Shown: positions 57,769 to 64,000 of the stretch, in pieces
How the letters are laid out: every line of letters starts with the position of its first letter
How positions within the stretch are numbered: position 1 is the first letter of the stretch
From: Rhizomicrobium sp.
GTDB lineage: Bacteria; Pseudomonadota; Alphaproteobacteria; Micropepsales; Micropepsaceae
NCBI GenBank assembly: GCA_049964915.1
Contig: JBMFWV010000001.1
Location: 13,596-77,595, forward strand
DNA length: 64,000 bases
Direction: 5' to 3'
Program-made: the position numbers and the translations under genes
The notes under the pieces: generated by a model
The model's input: only the letters and a program-made list of their open reading frames with translations
Told to the model about the DNA's origin: nothing
Databases searched by the model: none

Positions 57769-59292
57769 ATGATTGATGCGCAGGATGACACGATCAGATT
57801 TCTGGCTTCGCCGCAGAGCTATGGTGTCGATCAGGTGACAACTGTCCGCACCCATGGGGCGATCGTCTTCCTGGCTGGCGAGCGCGCCTACAAGCTCAAA
57901 CGGGCGGTGCGCTATCCATATATGGACTATTCAACCGTTGAGCGACGACGAGCCATGTGCCAGCGCGAGCTCGAGGTCAACCGGCAGCTCGCACCCCAGC
58001 TCTATCTGGGAGTAAGAGATATTGTTCGTGGCCAAGACGGCCTGCTGCATTTCTCACCCCCTGCCTCAGGAGAGATCATCGACAGTGTCGTCGTCATGGT
58101 GCGCTTTGAGCAGAGTGCACTGTTGAGCCAACTGTGCGCCAACCACAAAGCGGACGCGACGCTGATGCGTGCCCTCGCCGGGGAGATTGCAGCGTTTCAC
58201 AAAGCCGCCGAGCAGACACCAGCGGTCGATTTTGCTGAAGTGACGCGGGCGGTCGTCGACGAAAACATACTGCTGCTGGAAGGCGCGCGGTTCTTTGATG
58301 AGGCCTCCGTCGGGCGATTTGCAACAGCGCTGAGACATAGTTTCCACCGCGCAGAATCACTCCTAAGAAAGCGTAGCCTTGGAGACTCAATACGGCGCTG
58401 TCACGGTGATTTGCATCTGAACAACATTGTCGTTATCGACAATAGTCCCGTGCTTTTTGATGCCATAGAATTCAATGATGATTATGTTTTTATAGATCCG
58501 GTTTATGACATCAGTTTCCTGATCATGGATCTCGAGCGAATCGGCGAACGCGAGCTTGCCCATGTGTTATTCAACCGCTATTTCGAACTCCTTCCGGACG
58601 ATGACGGGCCAGCCCTGTTGCCACTTTACCTTTCCCTGCGGGCCGCAATCCGAGCTCATGTTGCGCTTTCGCGAAGCCGCGCGGGCGATAGTACTGCGAC
58701 AGAAGAGGCTCAGCGCTGCTTCGCCCTGGCGCAGGACTTCCTCGTTGCGCACCCTCCACAACTGATCGCCATTGGCGGCTTTTCGGGAAGCGGAAAAACG
58801 ACGCTCGCACGCGCACTGGCCCCGAACATCGGTGCGGCACCCGGAGCCCTCATCCTGCGCAGCGACATTATACGCAAGTCTCTGATGGGCGTGGGTGAGC
58901 TGGACCGCCTGCCGCAATCGGCCTATAGCGATGCCGTAAATGCAAGGGTGTTCGCCACACTTCACGAGCGTGCGCGGGCGCTATTGGCATGTGGTCATAG
59001 CGTGGTTATGGACAGCGTCTATGGCCGGCCAGAAGAGCGAGCCCGGATCAAAGAGGTTGCGCAGGCGACCGGTGCGAGATTTCACGGCTTCTGGTTGGAA
59101 GCGCCACACAATACGCTTTCCCAGCGAATCACAGGCCGCAGCAACGACGCCTCGGATGCGACTCTGGCCGTGCTTGACCTGCAGATGCGAGCTCTCTCGC
59201 CGCCTTCCGACTGGTATAGACTCGACGTAGATCGTTCCCCAGAAGCCGTCGCGGCGCTCGCCGCAAAGCATCTTTCCAAAAACAAGGTCTGA
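57769..59292 (+). CDS. Aminoglycoside-phosphotransferase-like kinase fused to P-loop AAA_33 domain (Rv2004c-like)
   Basis: AYKLKR, CHGDLHLNNI, FDAIEF; C-terminal GGFSGSGKT, LRSDIIRK. Confidence 0.88.
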   Translation: MIDAQDDTIRFLASPQSYGVDQVTTVRTHGAIVFLAGERAYKLKRAVRYPYMDYSTVERRRAMCQRELEVNRQLAPQLYLGVRDIVRGQDGLLHFSPPASGEIIDSVVVMVRFEQSALLSQLCANHKADATLMRALAGEIAAFHKAAEQTPAVDFAEVTRAVVDENILLLEGARFFDEASVGRFATALRHSFHRAESLLRKRSLGDSIRRCHGDLHLNNIVVIDNSPVLFDAIEFNDDYVFIDPVYDISFLIMDLERIGERELAHVLFNRYFELLPDDDGPALLPLYLSLRAAIRAHVALSRSRAGDSTATEEAQRCFALAQDFLVAHPPQLIAIGGFSGSGKTTLARALAPNIGAAPGALILRSDIIRKSLMGVGELDRLPQSAYSDAVNARVFATLHERARALLACGHSVVMDSVYGRPEERARIKEVAQATGARFHGFWLEAPHNTLSQRITGRSNDASDATLAVLDLQMRALSPPSDWYRLDVDRSPEAVAALAAKHLSKNKV

Positions 59293-59293
59293 C

Positions 59294-61966
59294 ATGTCCA
59301 TCCGAAATCTCGACGCTGTGTTTCGTCCACGCTCGATCGCCCTTATCGGAGCCAGCAACCGCCCGGATTCGGTCGGGCATGTCGTTGCCCGCAATCTCTT
59401 GGAGGGTGGGTTTGAGGGGCCAGTCATGCCGGTGTCGACAACACATAGTTCTGTTGCCGGGATTCTCGCCTATCAGGACGTGGCACATCTTCCGGTAGTG
59501 CCAGATCTTGCCGTTATCTGTACGCCTCCCAACACCGTGCCTGGTATCGTGGCCGATCTTGCTGCTCGCGGGACAAAGGGGGCGGTCGTAATCAGTGCCG
59601 GCTTTAATGAGTTGGGTACCGAAGCCGGAAAGGCGCTTGAGCGAGCAATGCTCGAGGCCGCCAAATCATCCCTGCTGCGCATAATTGGTCCCAACTGCCT
59701 GGGTATTATCTCCACCACCGTCCGGCTCAATGCCTCCTTTGCTCCGGTTTCGTCTCCCTCGGGGGGAGTGGCGTTCGTCGCCCAGTCCGGGGCGATGCTG
59801 ACCACCATTTTGGACTGGGCGGCCGCGCGCGGTATCGGCTTTTCACACCTGGTGTCGCTTGGCGACATGACCGACGTCGACTTCGGCGACATGCTGGACT
59901 ATCTGGCACTGGATCCCAACACGCACTCAATCCTGCTCTACATCGAGACCATAACCCAGGCGCGCAAATTTCTCTCGGCTGCGCGCACGGCGGCTCGACT
60001 TAAACCCGTAATTGCCATCAAGGCCGGACGACACGAAGCAGCAGCCAAGGCTGCAAGTTCTCATACCGGTGCCATGGCCGGCGTTGACGCCGTGTACGAC
60101 GCCGCCTTTCGCCGGGCTGGTATTTTGCGCGTCAACGATCTCGACGAGGTCTTTGATGCCGTCGAAACACTCGCCAGACCGATCAAACTGGCAAGTGATC
60201 GCCTCTTCATCCTGACCAATGGTGGCGGTCTTGGCGTTCTGGCCACCGATGCGCTTATTGATCATGGTGGCGCCATGGGTGCGCTAACACCGCAACTGAG
60301 CGATGACTTGAACAAGGTCCTTCCGGCGACCTGGAGCCATGGCAATCCTATCGACATCATCGGTGATGCCAGTCCCGAGCGCTATGAGGCAGCCCTGCGC
60401 TGCCTTCTGCAGGCGCCAGGACCAGAAGCGGTGCTTGTGCTCAATTGCCCGGTTGCGGTTGCCTCCAGCGTGGAGGCGGCACATGCGGTTGCCCGAGCGG
60501 CCCAGGCAAGTCACAAGCCGGTGTTCGCGAGCTGGTTGGGTTCAGCAGAACGTGATCAGGTCCATGGGATTTTCGCGGAGGCCAGGATTCCAGCCTACGA
60601 TACGCCGGACAAGGCGATCCGCGGCTTTTCCTATCTGGTGGGCTATCAGCGTGGCCAGGAAACGTTGATGGAAGTGCCTCCCTCGCTGCCCGAACACTTT
60701 TCTCCCGACGATGCGGCAGCCAGGCAGATTGTGCTGCGCGCTCTGAAGCACAGTGGTGAGGGCTGGCTGTCCGAAAGCGACATTCATGCCATCTTTGACT
60801 GCTACGGCATCCCCCATGTGCGCTCACAGGCGGTGACAAGCCCGCAGCAAGCCGGCCAGCTGGCCGCAGCATGGAACGTACCCGTCGCGCTCAAAATTCT
60901 TTCTCCTGACATCACCCACAAATCAGACGCCGGTGGTGTTGCGCTCGGCCTTGTCGGCGAGGCCGCAGTTCGCGATGCCGCAGAGGCCATGCAGCGGCGC
61001 ATTGCGCAAGCGCAGCCAAACGCGCGCCTTCAGGGTTTTACCGTACAGGAGATGGTGCGCCGTCCTGATGCAATTGAGCTGATTGTGGGCATGGCGACCG
61101 ATCGCCAGTTTGGACCCTTCTTGCTCTTTGGTCGTGGCGGCACAGCCGCGGAAATCATCAATGATCGCGCCATCACGCTGCCGCCACTCAATCTCACCCT
61201 CGCCCGTGAAATGATGAGCCGTACCCGCGTCTGGCGGCGTTTGAAGGGATATCGTGACGTTGCGCCCGCGGATATTGATGCCATTGCGCTTTGCCTCGTG
61301 CGTTTGTCGCAACTGATCGCAGATGTGCCACAGATCGTCGAACTCGACATCAATCCGCTGATAGCCGATGCAAAGGGCGTCCTTGCGCTGGATGCCCGCG
61401 TCCGTGTGGAAAATGCCACTGAGGATAGTGCACGCTTTGCCATTCTACCCTATCCGAAGGAGCTGGAACGTTACGAAACGGTTGACGGGCTGGGCCGCCT
61501 GTTGCTGCGTCCCATCCGCCCGGAGGATGCGCCAGGGGTCGAAGACCTGTTTGCGCAGCTGACGCCCGAGGATATTCGGCTTCGCTTCTTCACGCCAATG
61601 CGACAGATCCCTCCTGCCCTTTTGGCACGCCTGACGCAGATTGATTATGACCGCGAAATGGCATTTCTGCTCGTACGGCCGACAGATGGCAAGGTCCTCG
61701 GTGCGTCCCGTTACAGCGCCGATCCGGACAACATCAGTTGTGAGTTCGCCATCAGCGTCAGAAGCAGCCTTAAGGGTCTTGGCCTCGGCAAACTGCTCAT
61801 GGAACGACTGATCTCATATGCCAAATCCCGCGGGACCCAGCAGATGACCGGCGAAGTGCTGGAAGAGAACGAACGCATGCTTTCGCTATGCCGCGAACTT
61901 GGCTTTTCGCTAACGCCAAGCGCCGGTGAGCGTGGCGTGATTTGTGCGAGACTCAAGCTGGCCTAG
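59294..61966 (+). CDS. Acyl-CoA ligase (NDP-forming)-GNAT fusion, Pat/PatZ-like lysine acetyltransferase
   Basis: PRSIALIGAS, GPNCLG, AQSG, SHTG, TNGGG, HKSDAGGV, ELDINPL; GNAT with RFF and KGLGLGKLLM. Confidence 0.92.
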   Translation: MSIRNLDAVFRPRSIALIGASNRPDSVGHVVARNLLEGGFEGPVMPVSTTHSSVAGILAYQDVAHLPVVPDLAVICTPPNTVPGIVADLAARGTKGAVVISAGFNELGTEAGKALERAMLEAAKSSLLRIIGPNCLGIISTTVRLNASFAPVSSPSGGVAFVAQSGAMLTTILDWAAARGIGFSHLVSLGDMTDVDFGDMLDYLALDPNTHSILLYIETITQARKFLSAARTAARLKPVIAIKAGRHEAAAKAASSHTGAMAGVDAVYDAAFRRAGILRVNDLDEVFDAVETLARPIKLASDRLFILTNGGGLGVLATDALIDHGGAMGALTPQLSDDLNKVLPATWSHGNPIDIIGDASPERYEAALRCLLQAPGPEAVLVLNCPVAVASSVEAAHAVARAAQASHKPVFASWLGSAERDQVHGIFAEARIPAYDTPDKAIRGFSYLVGYQRGQETLMEVPPSLPEHFSPDDAAARQIVLRALKHSGEGWLSESDIHAIFDCYGIPHVRSQAVTSPQQAGQLAAAWNVPVALKILSPDITHKSDAGGVALGLVGEAAVRDAAEAMQRRIAQAQPNARLQGFTVQEMVRRPDAIELIVGMATDRQFGPFLLFGRGGTAAEIINDRAITLPPLNLTLAREMMSRTRVWRRLKGYRDVAPADIDAIALCLVRLSQLIADVPQIVELDINPLIADAKGVLALDARVRVENATEDSARFAILPYPKELERYETVDGLGRLLLRPIRPEDAPGVEDLFAQLTPEDIRLRFFTPMRQIPPALLARLTQIDYDREMAFLLVRPTDGKVLGASRYSADPDNISCEFAISVRSSLKGLGLGKLLMERLISYAKSRGTQQMTGEVLEENERMLSLCRELGFSLTPSAGERGVICARLKLA

Positions 61967-61979
61967 CGGTTGTAGATCG

Positions 61980-61993
61980 TTGTTCCAGGTCAA
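61980..61993. promoter_or_regulatory. FNR/FixK-like box upstream of the DUF3775 gene
   Basis: TTGTT-CCAG-GTCAA about 52 nt before ATG 62046. Confidence 0.45.
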
Positions 61994-62045
61994 TGACCCC
62001 CAGCGCATCTGCGTCTAAATGCGGGTTCTATGACGGGAGACCCCC

Positions 62046-62465
62046 ATGCCTAAAGGCCCCCCACTAACGATTGCGCCGGAGAAAGTCGCCTATATCATAC
62101 TTCTGGCGAAGGCCTTTGACGCCAAGGATGTGCTGACCGATCCGGGCGATTCCTCGGACGGAGCCGATGATCATATGATCCGGGTCCTTGAGGAGCACAG
62201 TGATGATGCGGTCGGCCAAATTCTAGCTGATTACATTGATGAGCTTTCGGTCGATGAGCAGATTGATCTGGTGGCGCTGGCGTGGCTGGGCCGCCAAGGC
62301 AATGAGGCCTCGGACTGGCCGTCATTGCATGCGCAGGCCCGCCGGGCCCATCGTCAGCCGACGTCGCCCTATTTGCTCGGATCGCCGCTTCTTGGTGATG
62401 AGCTGTCTGAAGGTTTGAGCATTCTTGGGTATCAGCCCGAAGAGCTTGAGTCTGATCTGCCCTAG
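62046..62465 (+). CDS. DUF3775 domain protein
   Basis: IDELSVDEQIDLVALAWLGR...YLLGSPLLGDELSEGL. Confidence 0.88.
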   Translation: MPKGPPLTIAPEKVAYIILLAKAFDAKDVLTDPGDSSDGADDHMIRVLEEHSDDAVGQILADYIDELSVDEQIDLVALAWLGRQGNEASDWPSLHAQARRAHRQPTSPYLLGSPLLGDELSEGLSILGYQPEELESDLP

Positions 62466-62592
62466 GTCTGTTTGTCGCCGAATTGGCGGCTGCGGGTAGC
62501 ATCAGCCCTGCATATGCGTCTGATACCGCCCGACATGGATAGCTTGTCGGGCGACTGGCGGTTCCAAGCTCTGCGCCTCCCGCCACACCCGC

Positions 62593-64000
62593 TCAGATCT
62601 GCACCTCGATCAGGCGCGGGCCCCGCGCCGCCATTGCCGAGGCGAACTGATCGGCAAAGCTCTCCAGGGTATTGGCTCGACTTGCTTCCACCCCCATGGC
62701 CTGCGCCAGGGCCACAAAGTCGATCTCTGGATTGTGCAGATCGAGCATCGACAGCGCTCGGGGTCCAGGATTGCCGGCACCGACCCGCGCAAGCTCGATG
62801 TTCAAGATGGCATAAGAGCGATTGGCAAAGAGCACCGTGGTGACATCAAGCTTCTCGCGTGCCTGTGTCCACAATGCCTGCACCGTGTACATGGCGCCGC
62901 CATCTCCAGACAGGCAGACGACCTTGCGGTCGGGACAAGCGACGGCAGCGCCGGTCGCAAGGGGCAGGCCCTGGCCGATCGAACCGCCGGTTAGTGCCAA
63001 CCAGTCATGAGGTGGCGCCGCCGCAGTGGCCATGTAGCTTCCCAGTCCGTTGGTGGCCCCTTCATCGGACACGATCGCGTTCTCAGGAAGGAACTGTGCT
63101 ATGACCTGGCCAACGCTGAACTGGTTGAGTGGACCTTGTGGTATGCCCGGCCGCTGCAAAGTGGCACATTGCGGACTGGACCACGCTCCCAAGGCATCCG
63201 CAACTGCAGTGAGCGCGGTTGTCCCATCCTCATGAGGATGGGCGAGGTAAAGGATGTTGCAGCCTTGGGGTGCACACCAGCTCGGCTTGCCGGGGTAAGC
63301 GAAAAACGCCACAGGAGGCTTGGCACCAACCAGGATCAATTGCTCGAGATCAGCGAGGAACTCGACAATCTGTTCGGCAAAATAGGGAATTCGCTCCGCT
63401 GCAACGCGGCCGGCGCCACGTTGCAGCCGCGGCACGAATGTATCTACCAGGAGCCTGGCACCGGTCGCCTCGGAGATACGTCCAGCAGCCTCAAGGCCAG
63501 CCTGCCGGCAGCTCGTACCGCGCAGCAGGATCGCGGTGCGCTTGCCATTGCGTAGAGCGTCGACCGTGGCGGCAATATTTGCATCAGAGACTGTTGCCGG
63601 CTCCAGCCGCGGCAATGGCGGGGCAGGATTGAGCGCCTCGTTCCATGCCGTATCCGCAGGCAGGATCAAGGTTGCGATCTGGCCCGGAGGCGACAGCGCT
63701 GCCTGCACCGCGCGCGCGCCATCGGCGGCAGCCGTACTGGCACTGACGCTTGTCTGCACCCAGGCTGACACAGTGCGCGTCAGTCCGTTGACGTCCGAGG
63801 CCAGCGGCGCGTCATACTGGGCGTGATAGGTGGCATGATCGCCAACAAGATTGACGATTGGGGTGCTGGCCCGGCGTGCATTGTGCAGATTGGCCCAGCC
63901 ATTGCCAAAACCCGGACCAAGGTGGAGCAGCGTCACCGCTGGCTTGTCAGCCATGCGCCCATAGCCGTCCGCAGCCCCCGTAACCACACCTTCGAACAGC
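62593..64000 (-). CDS. Thiamine-diphosphate-dependent enzyme, acetolactate synthase large subunit-like; 5'-truncated by window edge
   Basis: GAADGYGRM, LLHLGPG, TGGSIGQG, ThDP motif GDGGAMYT...N. Confidence 0.9.
   Translation of the reverse strand, partial: LFEGVVTGAADGYGRMADKPAVTLLHLGPGFGNGWANLHNARRASTPIVNLVGDHATYHAQYDAPLASDVNGLTRTVSAWVQTSVSASTAAADGARAVQAALSPPGQIATLILPADTAWNEALNPAPPLPRLEPATVSDANIAATVDALRNGKRTAILLRGTSCRQAGLEAAGRISEATGARLLVDTFVPRLQRGAGRVAAERIPYFAEQIVEFLADLEQLILVGAKPPVAFFAYPGKPSWCAPQGCNILYLAHPHEDGTTALTAVADALGAWSSPQCATLQRPGIPQGPLNQFSVGQVIAQFLPENAIVSDEGATNGLGSYMATAAAPPHDWLALTGGSIGQGLPLATGAAVACPDRKVVCLSGDGGAMYTVQALWTQAREKLDVTTVLFANRSYAILNIELARVGAGNPGPRALSMLDLHNPEIDFVALAQAMGVEASRANTLESFADQFASAMAARGPRLIEVQI

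Noticed and set aside
1-64000. CRISPR array, transposase, prophage or defence genes
   Set aside because: No regularly spaced repeats or recognisable mobile or defence proteins were seen.

Overview
GC-rich alphaproteobacterial chromosome segment, mostly housekeeping. Alphaproteobacterial markers are CtrA boxes, a FixL-FixJ-FixT-like-FixK cluster and a Caulobacter-type fliOP/flgBC layout; a finer taxon cannot be fixed from the sequence alone. Central metabolism: acnA, a large NAD-glutamate dehydrogenase, sucCD-sucAB-lpdA, and a branched-chain 2-oxoacid dehydrogenase operon with its own E3. Also present: rpsD, lolA, gpsA-yciI-EVE, c-di-GMP proteins (two GGDEF-EAL proteins with degenerate motifs, a tandem PilZ), a flagellar export/rod cluster, and a low-oxygen module (fixLJ, FixT-like regulator, fixK, USP, kinase-AAA protein, acyl-CoA ligase-GNAT, DUF3775). 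No integrase, transposase, prophage or CRISPR array was seen. The strongest non-obvious feature is a tRNA-Leu(UAA) gene on the minus strand (30642-30970) split after U34 by a 240-nt group I intron (30696-30935) resembling the cyanobacterial/plastid trnL intron. Beside it lies a small apparent transcription unit: a 16-nt perfect complement of the 16S rRNA 3' end, a 25-codon ORF whose mRNA can fold back over that site, and a terminator. A FkbM-family methyltransferase is locked between sucA and sucB by overlapping codons.
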